This document shows, one piece after another, positions 8,024 through 17,000 of a stretch of DNA of 64,000 nucleotides. The stretch covers positions 1,595-65,594 of the forward strand of contig DATAFJ010000070.1 of the NCBI GenBank assembly GCA_036257535.1. Reading direction: 5' to 3'. This stretch comes from Vicinamibacterales bacterium. Lineage in GTDB: Bacteria > Acidobacteriota > Vicinamibacteria > Vicinamibacterales > 2-12-FULL-66-21. The notes under the pieces were generated by a model. That model did not search any database. It was given only the letters and a program-made list of their open reading frames with translations, and had not been told where the DNA came from. The translations under genes were made by a program, and so were the position numbers. Positions within the stretch are counted from its first letter, which is position 1. Each line of letters opens with the position of its first letter.

Positions 8024-8095
8024 AAGAATACAGAATTCAGAATCCAGAATTCAGAATGAACCCTCCTAGATTCTGTATTCTGTATTCTGTATTCT
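8024..8095. repeat. heptamer palindrome, CAGAATN x5 facing GTATTCT x4
   Basis: Read directly: AAGAATA CAGAATT CAGAATC CAGAATT CAGAATG, a 9-nt loop, then AGATTCT GTATTCT GTATTCT GTATTCT. AT-rich island filling the divergent spacer between 8018 and 8099. Confidence 0.85.
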
Positions 8096-8098
8096 CCC

Positions 8099-8959
8099 AT
8101 GATGTTTCGGCGACAACGGACCGGCTCGGTGGTGTGCGCCTGCGGGCGGCTCGTGGGCGTGCAGGATGAACGGTGTCTCAACTGCGGCCGATGGAATCCC
8201 GGTCTCTGGGGCTTCGCGCCGGCGCTGCGGCGCTTCGGTAACGATTTCGGGTTCATCGACCTCGTGACGGGCGCGTGCGTCGTGCTGTTTCTCGCGATGC
8301 TGGGGCTCTCGGCGATGATCGGCCGCGGCGTCGGAATGGGCGGTCTCTTCGGACTGCTCTCGCCCGCGCAGGAAGCGGTGGTCGTCTTCGGTGCCGCCGG
8401 CGCATTCCCGGTCTTCAGGCTCGGGAACTGGTGGACGCTCTTCAGCGCCGGATGGCTCCACGGCGGGCTGCTGCATATCCTCTTCAACATGATGGCCATC
8501 CGCCAGCTCGCCCCGCCGTGCGCGGATCTTTATGGCCCGGCGCGGACAGTTATCATCTACGTGCTCTCGAGCGTCGGCGCGTTCTTACTGAGTTCAGCGA
8601 TGGGGTATTGGTTCGGTCGAATCCCGTTTGTGGGGGGCGCGCAGCTGACGCTTGGGGCCTCGGGCTCGTTGTGCGGCCTCGTCGGCGCCATCCTGTACTA
8701 CGGCGAGCGTGGTGGCAGTCAACTGATTCGCAGCCAGATCGGCGGCTACGCCGCCGGTCTCCTGATGATGGGTTTTCTCCTGCCGGGCATCGACAACATG
8801 GCGCACATCGGCGGCTTCGCGGGTGGTTATCTCATCGGGCGCTGGCTCGATCCGCTGCGCCCGGAAAAGCTCGATCACGTGCTCGGCGCGATTGCGTGCC
8901 TCGCCGCCTGCGCGATTGCCATCCTTGCCTCGATTCTCGACGGCTTCGGTTATCTCTAG
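8099..8959 (+). CDS. rhomboid family intramembrane serine protease with N-terminal zinc ribbon
   Basis: 286 aa. N-terminal CxC..CxxC (CACG..CLNCG). Multi-TM, with catalytic GASGSLCG (Ser) and HIGGFAGG (His). Confidence 0.85.
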   Translation: MMFRRQRTGSVVCACGRLVGVQDERCLNCGRWNPGLWGFAPALRRFGNDFGFIDLVTGACVVLFLAMLGLSAMIGRGVGMGGLFGLLSPAQEAVVVFGAAGAFPVFRLGNWWTLFSAGWLHGGLLHILFNMMAIRQLAPPCADLYGPARTVIIYVLSSVGAFLLSSAMGYWFGRIPFVGGAQLTLGASGSLCGLVGAILYYGERGGSQLIRSQIGGYAAGLLMMGFLLPGIDNMAHIGGFAGGYLIGRWLDPLRPEKLDHVLGAIACLAACAIAILASILDGFGYL

Positions 8960-8968
8960 GGCCTGCGG

Positions 8969-9985
8969 ATGCGCAAACCGGTCGTTCTGATCACCGGCGC
9001 GGGCGGAGAGATCGGTCACGGACTCATCGATCGGCTCTCGAGCGACCATTCCCGCGGCATCGTCACGCTGGACGTCAACCCGCTCGAACCGGCGCTCTCC
9101 GCCAGGGTTGCCAGGGAGTTCACCGGGTCGATCCTCGACCGCAGTCTCCTCGAGCGCGTGCTCGCCGAGTTCGACGTGCAGCTCGTGTTTCACCTGGCGG
9201 CGCTGCTCTCCACACGATCCGAGTTCACGCCGCGGACGGCGCACCAGGTGAACGTCGAGGGAACCCTGAACCTGCTGGAGTTCGCGCAGCACGAGGCCGA
9301 ATCGCACGGACGCCCGGTCGTGTTCATGTACCCGTCCTCGATCGCCGCATACGGCTTGCCCGATCTGGCGACCAAGACCCGTGCCGGGCGTGTCTCCGAG
9401 GACGACTGGCTTCATCCAACGACGATGTACGGGTGCAACAAGCTGTACTGCGAACAGCTGGGTGCGTATTACGCACGGCATTACAAGCAGCTGTCGGCCG
9501 AGCCGCAGAGCGGCAGGGTCGACTTCCGCTGTCTGCGTTTCCCCGGCCTGATCTCGGCGACGACACAGCCGGCGGGCGGGACGTCGGACTATGCGCCTGA
9601 AATGCTTCACGCCGCGGCCCGGGGAGAGCCGTACGAATGTTTCGTTCGGCCCGACACGCGCATCCCGTTCATGGCAATGCCCGACGGCGTAGACGCGCTC
9701 ATCGCGCTGGCGGCGGCGCCGCGCGAACGGCTCACCCGCACCGCCTACAACGTCAGGGCATTCAACCCGTCGGCCGCGGAGATCGGCGACGTGGTCGTGA
9801 AGGCATTCCCGAACGCACAGATTTCCTGGACCATCGATCCGCGCAGGCAGGGAATCGTCGACTCGTGGCCGGCCGACGTCGATGACGGGGCCGCACGAAA
9901 GGACTGGGGTTTTTCACCACGGTACGACTTCGACGGCGCGTTCGCGGACTATCTGATTCCCAGGATCAGGGAAAGACACTCGTAA
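8969..9985 (+). CDS. NAD-dependent epimerase/dehydratase (short-chain L-threonine dehydrogenase-like)
   Basis: 338 aa. Rossmann motif ITGAGGEIGHG and YGCNK (YxxxK). The exact substrate cannot be assigned from sequence. Confidence 0.7.
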   Translation: MRKPVVLITGAGGEIGHGLIDRLSSDHSRGIVTLDVNPLEPALSARVAREFTGSILDRSLLERVLAEFDVQLVFHLAALLSTRSEFTPRTAHQVNVEGTLNLLEFAQHEAESHGRPVVFMYPSSIAAYGLPDLATKTRAGRVSEDDWLHPTTMYGCNKLYCEQLGAYYARHYKQLSAEPQSGRVDFRCLRFPGLISATTQPAGGTSDYAPEMLHAAARGEPYECFVRPDTRIPFMAMPDGVDALIALAAAPRERLTRTAYNVRAFNPSAAEIGDVVVKAFPNAQISWTIDPRRQGIVDSWPADVDDGAARKDWGFSPRYDFDGAFADYLIPRIRERHS

Positions 9986-10025
9986 TACAGAATCTAGAAT
10001 CCAGAATACAGAATCTAGAATCCAG
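9984..10025. repeat. tandem heptamers AATNCAG x6 (a 21-mer duplicated)
   Basis: AATACAG AATCTAG AATCCAG repeated twice exactly. It starts inside the stop codon of the 8969-9985 gene and runs into the last codons of the convergent ferredoxin gene. Confidence 0.9.
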
Positions 10026-10383
10026 AAGGCTCAGACCAGACCGGAGGCGGCGTGATTTCAGCCGCCGGCGTCGGTCCCGGATCGGTGCGGCCCGGTGTCG
10101 TCGAGACGCGACTGATGGCCCTGACCGTCATGTCGTGGTCGCACGTCATCTGACAGGAGAGGCGGACGCCGGTCAGGCCGCGCGCGGCGAGGACGGTTTT
10201 TTCCGCCTGGGTCATTCGCGCCGGCTCGCCGCTGACGAATTCCACGCGGCAGGTCGTGCAGCGCGCGTTCCCGCCGCACGCGTGCATCTGATCGATGCGG
10301 GCGTCCTGCTCAAGCGCGAGGACGAGACGCTTTCCTTCGGGCACGTCGAACGTCCCGACCTCTTCAACCGTCAGCTTTGGCAT
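10015..10383 (-). CDS. 2Fe-2S ferredoxin
   Basis: The real gene is the C-terminal 122 aa of the 299-aa track ORF, with ATG verified at 10383. Cys pattern C-x5-C-x2-C (CGGNARCTTC) plus a distal Cys in LSCQMTC. Confidence 0.75.
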   Translation of the reverse strand: MPKLTVEEVGTFDVPEGKRLVLALEQDARIDQMHACGGNARCTTCRVEFVSGEPARMTQAEKTVLAARGLTGVRLSCQMTCDHDMTVRAISRVSTTPGRTDPGPTPAAEITPPPVWSEPSGF

Positions 10384-10419
10384 GGGCGCTCCTGAACGAC
10401 TCGCACGATTCGCGAGTAT

Positions 10420-11004
10420 ATGCTGACTGGAGTGATTCCCGTTCCCCAGCTCCTGGAAGCGTACGCGACCGGCTTCTTTCCCATGTCGGACGGTGGACGC
10501 ATCCGCTGGTACTCGCCCAACCCGCGCGGGATTCTCCCGCTCGATCGCTTCCACGCGCCGCGCAGGCTGGCGCGCGTCGTGCGCGGCGGACGCTTCGAGA
10601 TTCGCGTCGACACGGCGTTCCGCGCCGTCATCGAAGCGTGCGCCGCCGAGCGCGACGAGGGCAGCTGGATCAGCGCCGAGATCGTCGAGAGCTACTGCGC
10701 GCTGCACCAGGCGGGCATCGCTCACTCCGTCGAGGCGTGGCGGGAGGGAACGCTCGCCGGCGGCCTGTACGGCGTCGCGCTCGGCGGCGCGTTTTTCGGC
10801 GAATCGATGTTTCACAAGGCCACCGACGCGTCGAAGGTCGCGCTTACGGCACTGGTCGCGCGGCTCCGCGAGCGCGGCTTCGCGCTGCTCGACATCCAGT
10901 GGGTGACGCCGCACCTCGAGACGTTCGGCGCGGTCGAGATCCCGCGCCGCCGCTATCTGATGCTGCTGGAGGAAGCGCTCCGGCTGCCCGCGACGTTCCG
11001 GTAG
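10420..11004 (+). CDS. aat: leucyl/phenylalanyl-tRNA--protein transferase
   Basis: 194 aa. LLEAYATGFFPMSD..IRWYSPNPRGILPLDRFH, and GGLYGVALGGAFFGESMF with LLDIQWVTPHL, are typical of Aat. Confidence 0.85.
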   Translation: MLTGVIPVPQLLEAYATGFFPMSDGGRIRWYSPNPRGILPLDRFHAPRRLARVVRGGRFEIRVDTAFRAVIEACAAERDEGSWISAEIVESYCALHQAGIAHSVEAWREGTLAGGLYGVALGGAFFGESMFHKATDASKVALTALVARLRERGFALLDIQWVTPHLETFGAVEIPRRRYLMLLEEALRLPATFR

Positions 11005-11012
11005 CGCAGGGC

Positions 11013-11038
11013 CTTGCAGCGCAGCCCTTCAGGGCTGC
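11013..11038. repeat. REP-like hairpin GCAGCCC-TTCA-GGGCTGC (putative bidirectional terminator)
   Basis: Lies between convergent aat and apaG. The 26 nt CTTGCAGCGCAGCCCTTCAGGGCTGC are identical to the reverse complement of 2448-2473. Confidence 0.6.
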
Positions 11039-11039
11039 C

Positions 11040-11429
11040 TCAGTGCACCGTGTAGGGTTCGCTCAGCGTGAACTCGGCGATCCGCACGTCGAACTCCTCA
11101 CCACGCTGCGACACCATGCGATACGTGCCCCGCATCGTCCCGAACGGCGTCGGCAGGGGACAACCCGAGGTGTAGGTGAATGTCTGTCCTGGGCCGAGCA
11201 CCGGCTGCTCGCCGACCACGCCCTCGCCGTGCACTTCCTCGATCTGGCCGTCGCCGTCGGTGATGATCCAGTGCCGGGTGCGCAGCTGCACGACCTCGGA
11301 CCCTTGGTTTGCGATCGTGATGGTGTAGGTGAAGAACCACTGCTTCGCGGACGGGCGCGAACGCTCCGGCATGTACTCGGAAACGACGGTGACGCGAATT
11401 CCCCGCGTGAGAGCCTCGGAAGTGAACAC
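11040..11429 (-). CDS. apaG: ApaG protein
   Basis: 129 aa with a GTG start. WFFTYTITIANQGSEVVQLRTRHWIITDGDG..VHGEGVVGEQPVL.PG..F.YTSG matches the ApaG/DUF525 fold family. Confidence 0.85.
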   Translation of the reverse strand: MFTSEALTRGIRVTVVSEYMPERSRPSAKQWFFTYTITIANQGSEVVQLRTRHWIITDGDGQIEEVHGEGVVGEQPVLGPGQTFTYTSGCPLPTPFGTMRGTYRMVSQRGEEFDVRIAEFTLSEPYTVH

Positions 11430-11439
11430 GCCCGACAGA

Positions 11440-11901
11440 TTATCGCAACAGGCTGACCTTCAGATAGCGTCCATTCGCGAGCTTCAGGTAATAGAAGCGC
11501 GCGGACGTCTCGCCCGAGGCGCGGGCCGCCGGCACATAGAGGTTGTATTTCGGCTGATCCGTCGTCTCGTTCGCCCGCTCCTCGAGAATCATCTCACTGT
11601 CGGCGATGTCTACGACCGGATCGTCGGGCGCTACGAAGAGCCGCTGCTCGTCGAGCGAGGCGACTTCCGTGCCGGGTGGTGGCGTCGACGCGAAGTAGTT
11701 CGTGTCGCCTTCGGCCGTCTTTCCGCTCGTCGCGCCAGGAACGCGTTCGACCGCGGCGCCTCCGGTGCCGACCGCTTCGGTGTTCGCCCGCCCGGGGTTC
11801 GCGCCGTCCGGTTGGCCTGCGAAGATGAACCACACCAGCAGTGCGAGAAGGCCGGCAACGCCGATGATTGTTCGCAAGACCCATGCTGGCTGCTGCTTCA
11901 T
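11440..11901 (-). CDS. hypothetical membrane-anchored protein
   Basis: Start trimmed to the ATG at 11901 (MKQQPAWVLRTIIGVAGLLALLVWFIFAG), with AGGAG upstream. One N-terminal TM helix. No recognisable domain. Confidence 0.5.
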   Translation of the reverse strand: MKQQPAWVLRTIIGVAGLLALLVWFIFAGQPDGANPGRANTEAVGTGGAAVERVPGATSGKTAEGDTNYFASTPPPGTEVASLDEQRLFVAPDDPVVDIADSEMILEERANETTDQPKYNLYVPAARASGETSARFYYLKLANGRYLKVSLLR

Positions 11902-11951
11902 GAGCTCCTGAGTAGCAAACACGGGGCCATCGTTGGTACGATGTACAGTCC

Positions 11952-14030
11952 ATGCAGCGTCCCGAGCCCGCACGGTTGAAGCCTGGAATCACAATCGGGG
12001 ATCTGGGGGAAGGGGTAACGGCGGCGGACGCCACGACGCCGGATTCCCAACACCTCATCCGCGGCAAAGCGCTGATCTTCTGGGATCCCGCGAGCCTGCC
12101 GGGGACCAAGTTCGCCCGAAAACTCGACGCGATCGATACGGATCAGATAACGCCGGCCGCCGACTGCGTATCCGAAAGCCTCGAGACGCTCGACGAGCGA
12201 TGGAAGGCCGGTTCGTTTCGCTACCTGATGCCCGACTTCCGCGCACGCGTACACCGCGGCGAGACGTTCGTCATAGCCGGCGACCGGTTCGCGATCGGCT
12301 CGTCGCGCGAGATGAGTCCCGCCGGCCTCAAGGCGGTCGCTGAAGAAGTCGGGCTCGAGCTGGTGATCGTCTGTGGCCGGAACATGGGGGATATTTTCCG
12401 CCGCAACGCGTTCAACCTGGGCCTGCACGTCGTTCAGAGCCCAGAGGCTGTGTCGGAAGCGCGCGACGGCGACGAGTTCTCGTTCGACCCCGTTACGCGC
12501 CGGCTGACCAACGAGACACAGGGGCGCACCTACGATCCGGTGCCCCTGAGCCCGAAGGAAGAGGAAATCCGGCGGAGCGGCGGGATATTCACCGTCGGCC
12601 GCCGCGAGTTCGCGCGCTCGGTCCAGACTCGACCGGTGGTCGACTGGCCCGACGAGCAGGCGGCGAAGCGGCTGACGACGACCGAACAGATTATCTGGGC
12701 GCACCGCGTGGACAAAGAGCTGAGGCCGGAGGACCTGAAGCCGGGGACGACGCTCCGCGTGTACGCCGATCTGCTGCCGGCGTCGGACGGCACGGCGCCG
12801 TTTGCGATTCACACGTTCAATCAGATCACCGGCGGCCGGACGATCTTCCCGCGCCAGGCCGCGATCGCGAACGACCACTTCGTCTTCACGGGTGTCGATG
12901 CCGACGAGAAGCAGACCGCGATCGGCCGTCAGTTCGCCGCCATGCACGGCATCACCAAGCCGTACTACGCCACGCCCGGCGACGGCATCTTTCACTTCTA
13001 CTTCCCCGAGCAGGGACTCGTGATACCGGGTCAGTTCATCCCGGGCGCCGATTCGCACAGCCGCGCGTACGGCGCCTATGGCGCGGTTGGAATCGGCGTA
13101 GGCTCCACGACACTCGGTTTCGGCTGGGCGACCGGCTACGTGTACTTCACGCTTGCCAGGGCGCGCCGGGTCCTCTTCACGGGCCGGCTGCAGCCCTGGG
13201 TCGGCGGCAAGGACATCGTCCTGGAGCTCCTGCGCAGGTGGGGCGCGGCACAGTCGCAAGGAATGTCGGTCGAGCTCGTTGACGCGAACGGTCAGCTGCC
13301 GATCGCGTACCGGAACACGATCGCGAACATGATGGCGGAGGCCGAGGCGCTGAACGGTATTTTCGCTGCGGACGACGTGACGTTCGCGTGGTATCGGGAG
13401 AAGGCCGCGGCGTCGGGGATCGAAGCGCCCTCCTTTCCGTACCCGCGGATCGCGCCCGGCGCCGACGCCCGGTATGAGATCGATGAGACGCTCGATCTGA
13501 CCGGCATCCGGCCGATGATTGCCAAGCCCTTCAGCCCCGGCAACGCGTTTCCCGCGGAGGAGGTCGCGCGCGAGCGAATCACGTTCGACAAGGCGCTGAT
13601 CGGGTCCTGCACGAACGGCAGCTACGACGATCTGCTCCAGGCGGCGCTCGTGCTCCGGGCGGCCCGATCGAAAGGTGCGAGCCGCGTCGCACGGACCTTT
13701 GCGATTTTTCCAGGGTCTGGCGGCGTGGGCCGTCAGATCGAGACCGCGGAGCCCCGGCTTGGCGGCGAATCGATCGCGGACGTGTTTCGCTCGGCGGGCG
13801 GCGAGATCCGGCAATCGTGGTGCGGCCCCTGCTTCGGCCAGGGCCCGGACGCGCTGACGCCTGGGCAGCGCGCGATTACGTCGTTCAACCGGAACTGGCA
13901 GAACAGGATGGGCCTCGGCGGAGAGGGGTATCTGGCAAGCCCCGCCGTCGTCGCCTCGTCGGCGCTCCTCGGCTACATGGCGCCGCCCGGCGAGCTCGGG
14001 ATCGAGTGGGAGCCGGAGCGCTACGAATGA
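11952..14030 (+). CDS. aconitase-family hydro-lyase, swivel (LeuD-like) domain N-terminal to LeuC-like domains
   Basis: 692 aa. The N-terminal part has GDRFAIGSSREMSP and GDIFRRNAFNLGL (small-subunit hallmarks). It is followed by ADSHS, GSCTNGSYDDL and WCGPCFGQG (Fe-S ligand signatures). Confidence 0.8.
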   Translation: MQRPEPARLKPGITIGDLGEGVTAADATTPDSQHLIRGKALIFWDPASLPGTKFARKLDAIDTDQITPAADCVSESLETLDERWKAGSFRYLMPDFRARVHRGETFVIAGDRFAIGSSREMSPAGLKAVAEEVGLELVIVCGRNMGDIFRRNAFNLGLHVVQSPEAVSEARDGDEFSFDPVTRRLTNETQGRTYDPVPLSPKEEEIRRSGGIFTVGRREFARSVQTRPVVDWPDEQAAKRLTTTEQIIWAHRVDKELRPEDLKPGTTLRVYADLLPASDGTAPFAIHTFNQITGGRTIFPRQAAIANDHFVFTGVDADEKQTAIGRQFAAMHGITKPYYATPGDGIFHFYFPEQGLVIPGQFIPGADSHSRAYGAYGAVGIGVGSTTLGFGWATGYVYFTLARARRVLFTGRLQPWVGGKDIVLELLRRWGAAQSQGMSVELVDANGQLPIAYRNTIANMMAEAEALNGIFAADDVTFAWYREKAAASGIEAPSFPYPRIAPGADARYEIDETLDLTGIRPMIAKPFSPGNAFPAEEVARERITFDKALIGSCTNGSYDDLLQAALVLRAARSKGASRVARTFAIFPGSGGVGRQIETAEPRLGGESIADVFRSAGGEIRQSWCGPCFGQGPDALTPGQRAITSFNRNWQNRMGLGGEGYLASPAVVASSALLGYMAPPGELGIEWEPERYE

Positions 14031-17000
14031 CGCTGCCGGCGGGGTCCCGCCTCGGGCCCTACCAAATCATCGAACGTCTCGGCGCCGGCGGAATGGGCGA
14101 GGTGTATCGCGCGATCGACACACGTCTCGACCGGCCGGTTGCGGTAAAGCTCCTGGCCGCCTCGCTCGCCGGTACTGACGATGGGCGACAGCGGTTCGAC
14201 CGGGAAGCCCGCGCGATCTCGCGCCTCAGCCACCCGCACATCTGCACGCTCTTCGACGTCGGCCGCGAGGGAGAGCGGGAGTATCTCGTGATGGAGCTCG
14301 TGGACGGGGAGACGCTGCAGGCCAGGATTGCTCGAGGACCGCTGGCGCTCGACGAAGCCGTGGAGCGCGGGCTCGAGATCGCGGACGCGCTGGCCGCCGC
14401 GCACCGGGGCGGAATCCTTCATCGCGACCTTAAGCCGGGCAACGTCATGATCACCGGCTCGGGCGCGAAGCTCCTCGACTTCGGGCTCGCGAAGATGAAC
14501 GAAGCGGCCTTGGCGGCGGGCGCGACGATGGCCACCGCAGAAACGCAGGCCGGGGCGGTCCTCGGGACCGTCGGGTACATGTCGCCCGAACAGGCTCGCG
14601 GCGCCGCGGTCGGACCGCAGACCGACCAGTTCGCGTTCGGCGCAATCCTCTACGAAATGCTCACGGGCAACCGCGCGTTCAACCGGCCCACGTCGTTCGA
14701 GACGTTGACCGCGATTCTCAAGGAGGATCCACCGTCGCTGTCGGTGCTCGCGCCGCACACGCCGCAGCCGCTCGCGTGGCTGATAGAGCACTGTCTCGCC
14801 AAGGATCCTGCGCGCCGGTTCGAATCCACCTCGGACCTGCTGCGCGACCTGCGCGCCATTCGCGAGCGGCTTCACGACGCACCGCGGCCCCTCCCGGATG
14901 CGCCGGCCTTCCGCGTACCGACACCGCGGACACCGCTTGTGGGGCGGGAACGGGACGTCCAGGCGGCTCGCAGGCTCCTGGACCAGCGCCACGTCCGGCT
15001 CGTCACACTGACGGGGACCGGCGGGTCTGGAAAGACCCGCATCGCGCTTCAGGTGGTGTCCGAATACGTGGCCGACGGAGCACTCGCGGCGTTCGTCCCG
15101 CTCGGCTCGCTGGCCGGTCCCGCCCTGATCGTCCCGACGCTCATCATGGCATTGGGCGCCACCCAGATCGAGTCGCGGTCGCCGCTCGACGCCCTCGCAA
15201 CGTATCTAGACCGCGCCGGGCTGAGGCTGCTCGTGCTGGACAACTTCGAGCAGCTGCTGCCGGAAGCGGCGGAGGTCGTCTCCCGCCTCATTGCCGCCTG
15301 CCCGCGCCTGACGATCCTGGTCACGAGCCGCACCGTCCTGCGCGTCTACGGCGAGCATGAGATGGTCGTGCCGCCGCTCGCGTTGCCCGACCCGCGGACG
15401 GCGGCGCCCGAGGCGCTTGCGAGCTCGGCCGCCGTCGCGCTCTTCGCGGAGCGCGCCGCCGCGGTCAAACCTAGCTTCGCGGTGACGGCCGAGAACGCGA
15501 CGCTCATCGGCGAGATCTGCGCGCGCGTCGACGCGCTGCCGCTGGCCATCGAGCTGGCCGCGGCCCGTACGAAGCTGCTGTCCCCATCGGCGATCCTGAA
15601 GCGACTCGAAAGCCGCCTCGAGCTGCTCACGTCCGGCGCGCAGGACCTCCCGGAGCGACAGCAGACGCTCCGCGCGACGATCGAATGGAGCTTCAGCCTG
15701 CTCACGCCGCCCGAGCAGAAACTGTTCAGGAGGCTCGCCGTCTTCGTCGGCGGCGCGGCGCTCGACGCGGTGGAAGCGGTCGGCGACACGCGCGGCGACC
15801 TCGGCATCGACGTGCTCGAAGCCGTGTCGTCGCTCGTCGACAAGAGCCTTCTCGAACAGCGCGAAGGGCCGGACGGGCAGGCCCGGTTCCGCATGCTCGA
15901 GACGCTCCGCGAGTACGCGCGGGAGCGCCTCGAAGCGAGCGGCGAGGCCGACGAGGTCCATCGCGCCCACGCCGCCTATTGCATCGTCCTGGCCGAAGAG
16001 CCGGCGGAGGCGTCGCCGCAGCGCGACAAGCGGGCGTTCGAACAGTTCGACGTCGAACGGGACAACTTCCGCGCGGGGCTCAAGTACTTGATCGGTGCCG
16101 GGAACGCCGAGTGGGCGCTGCGGCTCGGGCTCGCCCTGTTCCAGTACTGGGAGTCGCGCGATCAAGCGGGCGAGGGGGCCGAATGGCTCACCGCGATTCT
16201 CGCGTTGGCACCGCGGGCACGAACGCGCGAGCGCGCGACGGCATCGATGTACCTCTCGGCCCTTCTCACACCCCGGGGCGAGTACGAACGGGCGCTCGCG
16301 GCCGCGAACGAGAGCGCCGCGATCCATCGCGAGCTGGGCGACATCGCAGGCGAAGCGGCCGCCGTGAACGCGCGTGGCGTCATCGAACTCCGCCGGGGCA
16401 ACTATCTCGAAGCCAGGCGCTCACTCGAGGAGGCGGCCGAACGCTTCCAGGCGTGCGGCAGTCCGGCCGGACTCGCCCTGACACAAGCCAATCTGGCGAC
16501 GGTCCTGAGCGAGCTGGGAGACCATGCGGCGGCGCTGGCGCAGCTCGAGGAAGTCGGCCGCTTCAATCTCGCCCACAATGACCTGTTCGGCGTGGCCCTG
16601 AACCACAGCTTGAAGGCGGACGTTTTTCGAAACCTCGGTGAGCCCGAGCGGGCACGAGAGAGCCTTCAGCGGGCGCGCGCCCTGTTCAAGCAGGTTGGGT
16701 TTTCGCACGGCGTCGGGCGGACGCTGGTCGACCTGGCGCGGCTCGCGCGAGAGCAGGGCAGTGCCGCAGAGGCCCAGGCGCTGCACGTGGAAGCGATCGA
16801 CATCTACCGCAGCGTCAACCATCGCCTCGGGGTCGCGCAGGTGTTCGAGACGCTCGCCATATTCGCGGCGCATGACGGCCGGCCGCGGCGCGCGTTGAAG
16901 CTAGCGGGCGCGGCCGCGGCGCTGCGGCAGGCCGCGACCGTCGTGGCCAGCGCGTCCGAGCGGGCGCGGCTCGACCCCTGCGTCGAGGCCTCTCGCGCGA

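Noticed and set aside
9984-10025. Tandem arrays (CAGAAT, GGCATTC, GATCT, GTACGAA) considered as CRISPR or other spaced-repeat arrays.
   Set aside because: The periods are 7-8 nt with no unique spacers. The arrays are 40-150 bp, and no cas genes are present.
11898-13814. 638-aa ORF antisense to the aconitase-family gene. Similar very long antisense or off-frame ORFs occur at 31319-32989, 33016-34851, 8275-9600, 8594-9610, 15206-16327, 18579-19844, 29874-31097, 59171-60493 and 62310-63680.
   Set aside because: Their translations are Arg/Ala/Gly/Pro-rich low-complexity strings with no motifs. The opposite or alternative frame in each case encodes a protein with clear family signatures. Long stop-free shadow frames are expected in GC-rich DNA.
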